DNA of 64,000 bases, taken from positions 5,292 through 69,291 of IMG/VR virus record IMGVR_UViG_3300020401_000001; one strand, written 5' to 3'. The stretch is from a virus. Shown piece by piece: positions 9,006 to 16,501 of the stretch. A program made the translations under genes and the position numbers. Positions within the stretch are counted from its first letter, which is position 1; each line of letters opens with the position of its first letter. The notes beneath the pieces were generated by a model. That model ran no database searches, was not told the origin of the DNA, and saw only the letters and a program-made list of their open reading frames with translations.

Positions 9006-9788
9006 ATGAAAAAAGGTACTCCTGCTTATCAAGAACAGGAGGACGGTTCTGCCAAGCCCACTATAATACCTTACGAAAAGCCTATGCCTGAAATAGATAT
9101 TAATACTATTTTGGTTCCTGCAAAAAAAATGTTACCAAATTGGTATAAAAAACTAGATAAAGGAGAGCATTTTGAATACGACCAAACTTTGACGGTAAAA
9201 ACCTGCACTTCTTTTATAACGCTTTTTCAAAACTCTTATTGCTTTGTAACTCCTATAGATTTTAAAATAAATGTAGAAAGATTAGGTTGGGATGTAGAAT
9301 ATGATAAAAAAGACTACCACGCACAATACATCAACTTTACATCACATACAAATTCAAAGATGAAAGAAACTATTGAGATGGGTGGTATGCAGGAAAATCA
9401 ATTAGGTCCATATTGGGACAAAAACTACATAAACATAAAAATGGAGACTGCAATCAACATAAAATCTAAGAAAGGTAGAGTAGATTTTGTTATGATGGAT
9501 GCTTTTTGGTGGATACCAGATTCACCTCTGCAAGCGATGCAAGGCGTGTTACCTGTACTGGACAATTACGATACGTCACTCAATATAAACTTGTGGATTA
9601 GAAAAGACAAAACCAAAACTGTTACTATAAAAAAGGGCACCCCACTAGGTGTTCTTTACTCTCCTACAGGTAAGGTAGAGTTTAAAAAAACAAAAATTGA
9701 TTCGGTACTAACAAAAATAGGTATGTATCCTGTTGAAGCTAGGAAATGTCCTTATGCATATACATTAAAAGATGAAAGTAATAGGTAA
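9006..9788 (+). CDS. hypothetical protein
   Basis: ORF 8982..9788; ATG at 9006 follows the upstream stop; PAKKMLPNWYK / TVKTC / IKKGTPL motifs. Confidence 0.7.
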   Translation: MKKGTPAYQEQEDGSAKPTIIPYEKPMPEIDINTILVPAKKMLPNWYKKLDKGEHFEYDQTLTVKTCTSFITLFQNSYCFVTPIDFKINVERLGWDVEYDKKDYHAQYINFTSHTNSKMKETIEMGGMQENQLGPYWDKNYINIKMETAINIKSKKGRVDFVMMDAFWWIPDSPLQAMQGVLPVLDNYDTSLNINLWIRKDKTKTVTIKKGTPLGVLYSPTGKVEFKKTKIDSVLTKIGMYPVEARKCPYAYTLKDESNR

Positions 9789-10029
9789 AAATATATTATT
9801 AAAAAAAATAGAAGAACAGATAACTAACGATGTTGGTATAATTTATACTAAGTCTTTGGATAAAAACATAAGATACGCCAAAGCTGAGGTAATTCAAGCA
9901 GGAGAAGGTGTTGAGGTTTGCAAAAACAAAGACGTTATTTATTTTGACGTAGCTCAATCTAGTGAGATTAGGATTGAAGAGAAAAAATACACAGTAATAG
10001 ACGAAAAAGCAATAGTAGCAATAATATGA
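9772..10029 (+). CDS. groES: co-chaperonin GroES (Cpn10)
   Basis: MKVIGKNILL, GIIY mobile-loop region, AEVIQAGEGV, DVIYF, YTVIDEKAIVAII; 85 aa. Confidence 0.85.
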   Translation: MKVIGKNILLKKIEEQITNDVGIIYTKSLDKNIRYAKAEVIQAGEGVEVCKNKDVIYFDVAQSSEIRIEEKKYTVIDEKAIVAII

Positions 10030-10640
10030 AAGTAGGAGAGATACCACAGCCTTATTTTGTTCTTCCTTATGAAAATCATGAGAAAAGGAAAAGAGACACG
10101 ATAAATCTTATTAAAACTGCTGAAGGTCGCTCTGTAGAGGACGCTTGGACCAAGGTTAGCATGACTGATTTAGGTGTAAACGCAAGAAGAACATATTATG
10201 ACACTGATTTAGAAAAGGATTTTAACCCAATGTTTGATAAATTTAACGAATGGATGAATGACAGAATAGGCGCACCTCATTGGCAAAGAACAATTATAGA
10301 CTTGTGGTACATGGAGTATGAGCAAGGAGATTGGGTTAAATGGCATACACATCCTTTATCAACTTATTCTGCTGTTTACTTTTTACACATGCCAGAGCCA
10401 AAAGATGCAATATCATTTCGAACTTTTGATAAGCAACATTACATTCCTAAAGTAGAAGAAGGAGATATTATATTTTTCAATTCAATGATACCTCATTCTA
10501 CAATCTGTACATCTGAGCTTGGTAAAATATCTATTAATTTTAACATAAAAGCAGGTTTTGACGATAAGTATGCTGAAGCAGTCAGAACTCAGCTAGAGAT
10601 AGTCGACAAAGGAGAGGATGCAACAGTGGAGGTTATTTGA
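10026..10640 (+). CDS. 2OG-Fe(II) oxygenase superfamily protein
   Basis: W..Y..GD...WHTHP, SAVYFL, EEGDIIFFNS.IPHS, KISINFN. Confidence 0.8.
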   Translation: MKVGEIPQPYFVLPYENHEKRKRDTINLIKTAEGRSVEDAWTKVSMTDLGVNARRTYYDTDLEKDFNPMFDKFNEWMNDRIGAPHWQRTIIDLWYMEYEQGDWVKWHTHPLSTYSAVYFLHMPEPKDAISFRTFDKQHYIPKVEEGDIIFFNSMIPHSTICTSELGKISINFNIKAGFDDKYAEAVRTQLEIVDKGEDATVEVI

Positions 10641-11370
10641 TGAAGACTTTAGTCCAACATACAACCTAAAACTGGATTTTGAGTATGGTGAGTATGATTT
10701 CTTATTTTTTGATGAACCAATCTGTAATTACGACTTAACAAGCGTAAGAAGTAAAATAAATTCTTTTGACCAACTAAGATACTTTGCTGAAGTCTTTTTT
10801 TACTTAAATCCTGATGTTGAGCTCAAAATGCTCCAGGGCATATTTCAAACACTTGGAAATAGAGAATTTGGTAAGACTATAAGAACTTACGGTAAGAAAA
10901 GAGTCATTAGTATGTGTGAAGACGTATACAGAGATAGAAAAGTGCCATATTGTAATCAGTGGAGAAAAATACTTTTTAATCCACGTAAAATAATCAGCTC
11001 AGAAGAAAAGATGGCTATTGCTGGTATTTTATTTAAAAAACACATAAGTATCACAAAAGATGACGTCTGGAAGACTGTTCAAGAAATTATTGCAAGGAAC
11101 GAAGTAATTACTGATGTAAAAATCGCTTCTAATTTAAGAATTAGCCAAAAGACCATACAAAGGACAATGACTAAAGATATGAGAAGGCAAATTAAAATAT
11201 CTAATGCTTTCATAAAACGAAACAACAAAGTTAATGAAATAATAGAGTATATAGATTTGTTGTCTGAAGGAGGCAATGACGTTAAGATTAGAGAGCTTAG
11301 AAAGTTTGTCGCTGTTAAAGATTATAGTTTAATTAAAGAAGCTTTTTCTAAGTATAAAGAGTCTCTTTAG
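10618..11370 (+). CDS. hypothetical protein with possible C-terminal HTH
   Basis: ITDVKIASNLRISQKTIQR resembles a helix-turn-helix. Confidence 0.65.
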   Translation: MQQWRLFDEDFSPTYNLKLDFEYGEYDFLFFDEPICNYDLTSVRSKINSFDQLRYFAEVFFYLNPDVELKMLQGIFQTLGNREFGKTIRTYGKKRVISMCEDVYRDRKVPYCNQWRKILFNPRKIISSEEKMAIAGILFKKHISITKDDVWKTVQEIIARNEVITDVKIASNLRISQKTIQRTMTKDMRRQIKISNAFIKRNNKVNEIIEYIDLLSEGGNDVKIRELRKFVAVKDYSLIKEAFSKYKESL

Positions 11371-11833
11371 TTTTTTTATTCATTTGTTTTATCAGTTGAC
11401 GATATATTTTATCCTGAAAGTTAGCTCCTTTAAATAATTCATTTTGATAAGGGTCCTCTGATATAACCTCCTCGCCTGTAAGTTTTTTATAAGTTTGATT
11501 GCAAATTAGCTTTGCTTTTTTAGTGAGTTCATATAGAGCCGCTTCATGACCTTGCTTTTCTCTCCACATTTTTATATATCCAGATTCAGTCATTTCTTTA
11601 AACTTTGACCTTTGCCAGTTTATTGTATGTGCTATTTTAACAAACTCTTTTTTTGTAAATAAATCGCTGTCGTATAGGTAAAGAAGAACTTCTAATTCTG
11701 TAGAAGATAGGTCGTATTTTCTCTTTATGTAATATCTAACTATTCTCCAGTTTTTAAGAAAATTATGCTTTTTTTCTCTAGAAAAATACTTTTTTTTGCC
11801 TCTCTTATATATTTTTGGCTTGTCTCTACTCAT
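11348..11833 (-). CDS. winged-helix (MarR-like) DNA-binding protein
   Basis: YDLSSTELEVLLYLY ... GYI ... LYELTKKAK; the only credible minus-strand gene in this block. Confidence 0.65.
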   Translation of the reverse strand: MSRDKPKIYKRGKKKYFSREKKHNFLKNWRIVRYYIKRKYDLSSTELEVLLYLYDSDLFTKKEFVKIAHTINWQRSKFKEMTESGYIKMWREKQGHEAALYELTKKAKLICNQTYKKLTGEEVISEDPYQNELFKGANFQDKIYRQLIKQMNKKTKETLYT

Positions 11834-11878
11834 GAATTAGATTGAAATACCACATAAAATTAACCTTTTTTTTATTAT

Positions 11879-11886
11879 TATCTTTG
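11879..11886 (+). promoter_or_regulatory. -7 promoter element
   Basis: TATCTTTG with a 6-nt gap to the ATG at 11893. Confidence 0.6.
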
Positions 11887-11892
11887 TCGAGT

Positions 11893-12177
11893 ATGGCAAG
11901 TAAAGTAGACAAAAGTAAAATGGCTTGTAATAAGCCTAGAAAAAGTACGAGACCAGGAAAGAAAAAAATGGTAAAAGCTTGTGCAAACGGACAAGAGAAA
12001 CTCATACATTTTGGAGCTACTGGATACGGACACAACTACTCAAAAGCTGCTAGAAAGTCATTCAAGGCTAGACACAAGTGTGGCGAAGCAAAAAATAAAT
12101 TAAGTGCTAGATACTGGGCGTGTAAAACATTATGGGCTGGTTCTGGCGGAAGTGTAAAATCAAACCCTAGAGACTGA
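11893..12177 (+). CDS. small basic hypothetical protein
   Basis: ORF 11842..12177, likelier start MASKVDK; KLIHFGATGY ... RKSFKARHKC ... SARYWACK. Confidence 0.7.
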   Translation: MASKVDKSKMACNKPRKSTRPGKKKMVKACANGQEKLIHFGATGYGHNYSKAARKSFKARHKCGEAKNKLSARYWACKTLWAGSGGSVKSNPRD

Positions 12178-12305
12178 TGCCTTTAAAATGTGGAAAATCT
12201 CAGACAGTAATTAATTCAAATATTCGTACTTTGAAGAAAGATGGATATAAGCATAAACGTGCTGTAGCCATTTCTATAGCAAAGTCGAACTCAAAAAATT
12301 GTTAA
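12177..12305 (+). CDS. small basic protein (MPLK.GKS-type peptide)
   Basis: Hand-translated MPLKCGKSQTVINSNIRTLKKDGYKHKRAVAISIAKSNSKNC; TGATG coupling to the upstream gene. Confidence 0.6.
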   Translation: MPLKCGKSQTVINSNIRTLKKDGYKHKRAVAISIAKSNSKNC

Positions 12306-12334
12306 CTTTATAAATAAACTCAAAAATTAATATC

Positions 12335-12721
12335 ATGCCAGGAAAGAAAGTAAATAAAAAGCCAACAGCACCTAAAAAAGATAAGTATGGCACAGTAATA
12401 CCTGAAGGTTTCTCGTCTAGCACAGGAAAAGATTATGTAATAACCGCAAGTTCAGGTACTCTTAACAGCAGAATATCTCCTTCAGGGAACGCATCAGGAA
12501 TGGGAAGTAATTATAACTTTTCACAAAACACTATGGGAACCAAAACAACAGATGCTAGCGGCTTAACATCTCAAACTCAGTATAAGCCTACAAAGACTAC
12601 AAAGAACTTTGATGGGTCTGTAAATAAAAGCACCGATTACACAACAACAAGCTATCAAGCTGTAGATTACAATTCGATAGGATTCAAAAACAAAACAATA
12701 GACAAACTTAACAAAGCATAA
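12335..12721 (+). CDS. Ser/Thr/Lys-rich hypothetical protein
   Basis: 128 aa, low complexity. Confidence 0.65.
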   Translation: MPGKKVNKKPTAPKKDKYGTVIPEGFSSSTGKDYVITASSGTLNSRISPSGNASGMGSNYNFSQNTMGTKTTDASGLTSQTQYKPTKTTKNFDGSVNKSTDYTTTSYQAVDYNSIGFKNKTIDKLNKA

Positions 12722-12723
12722 CT

Positions 12724-12804
12724 ATGAAAAATATTAAACCTTGTGAATGTGGAAACACACAACACCCTCAAGGGAATTGTGATGGTTCTCATTTAAATAA
12801 ATAA
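12724..12804 (+). CDS. CDGSH-motif micropeptide (26 aa)
   Basis: MKNIKPCECGNTQHPQGNCDGSHLNK. Confidence 0.55.
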   Translation: MKNIKPCECGNTQHPQGNCDGSHLNK

Positions 12805-12806
12805 AT

Positions 12807-12980
12807 ATGGCTATAGTAAAAAACCCAAAGGGTCTTGGAGACTCTATACACAATTTGACTGTAAGAACAGGCATAAAAAAAGCTGTAGATACAGTTAGTC
12901 AGGCGTTGAACACCGATTGCGGATGCAATCATCGCCGCAAGACTCTTAATGACCTATTCCCTTATAATAAAAAAACTTAA
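12807..12980 (+). CDS. small hypothetical protein (57 aa)
   Basis: MAIVKNPKGLGDSIHNLTVRTGIKK...DCGCNHRRKTLNDLFPY; tiles with its neighbours. Confidence 0.65.
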   Translation: MAIVKNPKGLGDSIHNLTVRTGIKKAVDTVSQALNTDCGCNHRRKTLNDLFPYNKKT

Positions 12981-12983
12981 ACT

Positions 12984-13841
12984 ATGGAAGACGAAGAATT
13001 AGACTACAATTCGATTGGAATGAAAAATTCAGCTATCGACAGATTACAAGGGAATACGCCAACTCCTATTCCACTAAAACCAGTTGGAGAAAGACAATAC
13101 GGACAATCTGTTGTTAGCTCTGAAATAGTTGATGGAAGAAAAAAAATAACCACTACAACTCCATGGTCACAAAAGTTAGCTGGAGAAGGACAAACTTACA
13201 GACAAGCAGGAGTAGACCCAGCAGCAGCAAAACAGTATTGGCAAGCAAATCCTGACAAATACAAAGAGTATTTGAAAAGTAAAACAGGAATGCAAACAGG
13301 AAAAGACGTAAGCGTTAGATTTGAAGATATTCCCGCACCTTCCCCTACTCCCACACCATCACCACCTAAAACCCCACCAAGAAGAGCTACGTCTTACAAA
13401 TATAGAGCTGGAGGCATGGGTAGTGAATCTGTTGGTGGAAGTAATACTTTAAAAGGAGCTAAAGTTGCAGCACAAAGATTTGGAAACTTAAATCAGACTG
13501 TTGTTGATAAAGTTTTTGACGAAAAAGCTTACGGACCAAATGCAATGGGAAGATTAATTCAGACTTCTGAAGCTGCGAGAGCTAATCAAATAAGAGAAGG
13601 TCAAAAAGAAAACCCTAATTGGAAAAAAGATTTGATGGCAAACAAACAGATGTATTCAAAAATGAGAAAAGATGTTGCAGCTTGGAGAAAATCAGGAAGT
13701 GACCCAAATAAAGTACCTAAGTCAGTGAAAGAGTTTCAGGAAAGAATTGACAATTCATACGAAAGAGTATTTGATGGAGGTGCTAATACTAGAAGTAACA
13801 GTTCAGCAGCAGCTTATAAGTTTCAAAAATTTAACAATTAA
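12984..13841 (+). CDS. hypothetical protein with a Pro-rich linker
   Basis: 285 aa; contains [16 protein letters not shown]. Confidence 0.7.
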   Translation: MEDEELDYNSIGMKNSAIDRLQGNTPTPIPLKPVGERQYGQSVVSSEIVDGRKKITTTTPWSQKLAGEGQTYRQAGVDPAAAKQYWQANPDKYKEYLKSKTGMQTGKDVSVRFEDIPAPSPTPTPSPPKTPPRRATSYKYRAGGMGSESVGGSNTLKGAKVAAQRFGNLNQTVVDKVFDEKAYGPNAMGRLIQTSEAARANQIREGQKENPNWKKDLMANKQMYSKMRKDVAAWRKSGSDPNKVPKSVKEFQERIDNSYERVFDGGANTRSNSSAAAYKFQKFNN

Positions 13842-13846
13842 TTATT

Positions 13847-13969
13847 ATGGCAAAGAAAACAAAAATGAGCAACAGAAAAAACCCTTGCTGGAAAGGCTAT
13901 GAAATGATTGGCATGAAACCAGGAAAAGGTGGAGGTAAAGTGCCTAACTGTGTGCCTAAAAAGAAATAA
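13847..13969 (+). CDS. small basic protein (CWKGY..VPNCVP motif)
   Basis: MAKKTKMSNRKNPCWKGYEMIGMKPGKGGGKVPNCVPKKK. Confidence 0.6.
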   Translation: MAKKTKMSNRKNPCWKGYEMIGMKPGKGGGKVPNCVPKKK

Positions 13970-13971
13970 TA

Positions 13972-14151
13972 GTGGGAGACTGGGATATAAATGACGAAAA
14001 GGGCAAGTTCATTTACGAACGATGCGATGATATTATTACAAGAAGACCTTTTATGTCTGACGACCCATGTGAAAAAATTGTAATTGAAAAAAATGGAGTA
14101 ACCGTACCAGAAGGAGAAAGAGAGCCTTTTTACAGATGGTGCAAAAAATAA
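13972..14151 (+). CDS. small hypothetical protein (59 aa, GTG start)
   Basis: Hand-translated open frame filling the gap. Confidence 0.45.
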   Translation: MGDWDINDEKGKFIYERCDDIITRRPFMSDDPCEKIVIEKNGVTVPEGEREPFYRWCKK

Positions 14152-14162
14152 ATTAAATTAAA

Positions 14163-14489
14163 ATGGAAAGTGCATTAATTATTATAGGTGGAGCTATAGC
14201 CTTTTTTATAGCTGTTTATTTTACAGCAATGTTTTTAAGCAAAAAAGGATTGCTAAAAGATGAAGACAATGACTGGATTCCAGATGTTGTTGAAGATAAA
14301 GTTTCTGCTGTAAAAGCGGACTTAGCAGAATTGAAAGCTGATTTGAAAGCTACACAAGAAAGACTATCAAAAGAACTGTCTGATGTGGGTTCTGCAATAA
14401 AAGAAGTTGGAAATCAATTAGGAGACGTCCCAAAGGCGTTTTCTGGTAAAAAAAGACCAGGGAGAAAAAAGAATAATGGCTCTAAGTAA
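14163..14489 (+). CDS. membrane-anchored coiled-coil protein
   Basis: N-terminal TM helix, then heptad repeats. Confidence 0.7.
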   Translation: MESALIIIGGAIAFFIAVYFTAMFLSKKGLLKDEDNDWIPDVVEDKVSAVKADLAELKADLKATQERLSKELSDVGSAIKEVGNQLGDVPKAFSGKKRPGRKKNNGSK

Positions 14490-14727
14490 AAGCGCAAAAT
14501 ATTATAGAGATAACCCTGAGGCTAGGGAAAAAAAGAATAATTATAATCTTATTTTCCAAAGAAGAAAAAAACAGGTTAAAAAACGTGTAGAATGTAATCA
14601 ATATAACAGAGACAAAGGAACTTATGGGAATGGAGACAATAAAGACTGTTCACATCAACCTGATGGCTCTTTAAAAACAGAAAATCAAAAAACAAACAGA
14701 GCAAGAGGTGGAGGTCAAAGACAATGA
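14476..14727 (+). CDS. small basic protein, degenerate HNH-like
   Basis: DNKDCSH..DG.L..EN...NRAR. Confidence 0.5.
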   Translation: MALSKSAKYYRDNPEAREKKNNYNLIFQRRKKQVKKRVECNQYNRDKGTYGNGDNKDCSHQPDGSLKTENQKTNRARGGGQRQ

Positions 14728-14731
14728 CATA

Positions 14732-14905
14732 ATGAAAAATTTCATGAACATACAAGACTTAAAAATTTGGGGGCTTAGTTCATTTGCTTTAACTATGAAT
14801 TTGATGGATGTCAAGTCTGGTTTAAGTATAGTGCTGACTCTCACGGCGATAGGATACACGCTACACAAATGGTATATAATGTACAATAAAAATAAAAGAA
14901 AATGA
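14732..14905 (+). CDS. small two-TM membrane protein (holin-like)
   Basis: Two hydrophobic segments and a basic C-terminus; close to the endolysin. Confidence 0.5.
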   Translation: MKNFMNIQDLKIWGLSSFALTMNLMDVKSGLSIVLTLTAIGYTLHKWYIMYNKNKRK

Positions 14906-15051
14906 AAGTAAAAGCACCTGAAGGTTATCACTGGATGAAGTCTGGCAAAGGAGCGCCGAAGCTTATGAAAAATCCAAAAGGCGGATATAAACCACACAAA
15001 GGCGGTAGTCAGTCTTTTAATTTTCAAATACAAAAAGTACACAAGTCTTAA
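14902..15051 (+). CDS. small basic protein (49 aa)
   Basis: MKVKAPEGYHWMKSGKG...PHKGGSQSFNFQIQKVHKS; ATGA and TAATG overlaps on either side. Confidence 0.6.
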   Translation: MKVKAPEGYHWMKSGKGAPKLMKNPKGGYKPHKGGSQSFNFQIQKVHKS

Positions 15052-15512
15052 TGGATATAATAAGTAAGCATATAACATATAAAGAAAGTATTCGTTCAAA
15101 TACAGCCTTAAGAAGGGGTATAGATAATACGCCTGGCGATTACGAGCTTTCTAATATGAATAATATTGCAGTTAATTTATTTGAGCCATTAAGAGAATGG
15201 GTTGGAGGACCTATTAAAATAACAAGTTTCTTCAGATGTGAAGAATTGAACAAAGCCATTGGAGGAAGTAGTCGGTCACAGCACTGTCAAGGCAGAGCGA
15301 TGGATTTAGATGACACTTTTGGACATAAAACCAATGCAGAAATGTTTGAATACATAAAATCAAATCTGAGCTATGACCAGTTAATCTGGGAGTTTGGAGA
15401 TGATGAGAACCCAGATTGGATACATGTAAGTTTTGTATCAGAGATGGAGAATAGAGGTCGCTCTATGCGAGCTCAAAAAGTGAACGGAAGAACTAACTAT
15501 AGTATAATATAA
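15051..15512 (+). CDS. endolysin, peptidase M15A family
   Basis: S.FRC..LN.AIGGS..SQHCQGRAMD and WIHVS zinc-peptidase motifs. Confidence 0.85.
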   Translation: MDIISKHITYKESIRSNTALRRGIDNTPGDYELSNMNNIAVNLFEPLREWVGGPIKITSFFRCEELNKAIGGSSRSQHCQGRAMDLDDTFGHKTNAEMFEYIKSNLSYDQLIWEFGDDENPDWIHVSFVSEMENRGRSMRAQKVNGRTNYSII

Positions 15513-15913
15513 TGAAAACCCTAGAAAAGAGACCAGAAAGTAAAAAAGTAACACCCCAAACAAGAATGACAAAAAAAGAATTAAGACACTATTTAGGAGC
15601 TGCTGGAGTTTTTATCCTTGTCATAGGACTATTACTCTTTTTAGCGTATAACGATATTCCACAATCAAATAAAGACATATTCGTATCTATAATTGGTATG
15701 ATAGTCGGGAGTTTGTCTGTGGTCATATATACCATCATTGGCAAGAACCCAGACGAAGTAAATTCTCTACAAAAAAAAGTAGAGTCACTTCAGGCTTTAG
15801 CTGATACAATGGAAAAAAGAAACGACCAACTTGAAGCGATGATTATTGAACTACAAAGAAGTATTATAGAAAAACTATCTGTTGTTGGAGCAAGGTTTGA
15901 GCTAAAAAAATAA
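15512..15913 (+). CDS. two-TM membrane protein with coiled-coil tail (lysis-associated?)
   Basis: Two hydrophobic helices; lies between the endolysin and the holin. Confidence 0.6.
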   Translation: MKTLEKRPESKKVTPQTRMTKKELRHYLGAAGVFILVIGLLLFLAYNDIPQSNKDIFVSIIGMIVGSLSVVIYTIIGKNPDEVNSLQKKVESLQALADTMEKRNDQLEAMIIELQRSIIEKLSVVGARFELKK

Positions 15914-15946
15914 GTTAGGCTCGTAGTATAATTAAATTTAAATAAA

Positions 15947-16324
15947 ATGCTTAAAATGTTATTATCTCTACTCGGAAGAGGAGAGGGTGGAAGAAGTAAA
16001 ATAGGAGGGTTAGCACTTGATTTAAGAGAAGCTATAAAAGGCAAAGAGCTAGACCCCAATCAAATATTAGAGCTGCAAACAAAAATAAATGAAGTTGAAG
16101 CTCAACACAGGAGTATGTTTGTTGCGGGTTGGCGCCCGTTTATAGGCTGGATTTGTGGATTAGCTTTTGCTTATCATTTTGTAGCTTTCCCTATAGTAAG
16201 AACAATATATCCAGAAGTAGAGTTTCCAGTTTTAAATACTGAACCTTTATTTACAGTTTTAATGGGTATGTTAGGTCTTGGTGGTCTTAGAACGTTTGAA
16301 AAGTTAAAAGGCAAAACTAAGTAG
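15947..16324 (+). CDS. holin, 3TM family
   Basis: EAQHRSMFVAGWRPFIGWICG ... LMGMLGLGGLRTFEK. Confidence 0.8.
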   Translation: MLKMLLSLLGRGEGGRSKIGGLALDLREAIKGKELDPNQILELQTKINEVEAQHRSMFVAGWRPFIGWICGLAFAYHFVAFPIVRTIYPEVEFPVLNTEPLFTVLMGMLGLGGLRTFEKLKGKTK

Positions 16325-16325
16325 A

Positions 16326-16460
16326 ATGGCTAAATTAATTTTAGGAAACTACACTGTTAAAACTAAAGTAAAACGCAAAGGTGTACACGCAAAAACGAAA
16401 ACCTCTAAGAACAAAAACTCAAAGTTATATATTAAGCCATACAGAGGTCAGGGCAAATAA
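16326..16460 (+). CDS. small Lys-rich protein (44 aa)
   Basis: MAKLILGNYTVKTKVKRKGVHAKTKTSKNKNSKLYIKPYRGQGK. Confidence 0.55.
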   Translation: MAKLILGNYTVKTKVKRKGVHAKTKTSKNKNSKLYIKPYRGQGK

Positions 16461-16477
16461 TGTGTTTTTATTTTGAG

Positions 16478-16485
16478 TAAATTTG
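16478..16485 (+). promoter_or_regulatory. -7 promoter element
   Basis: TAAATTTG upstream of the ORF at 16502. Confidence 0.6.
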
Positions 16486-16501
16486 CATAAAGTATATAAT
16501 T

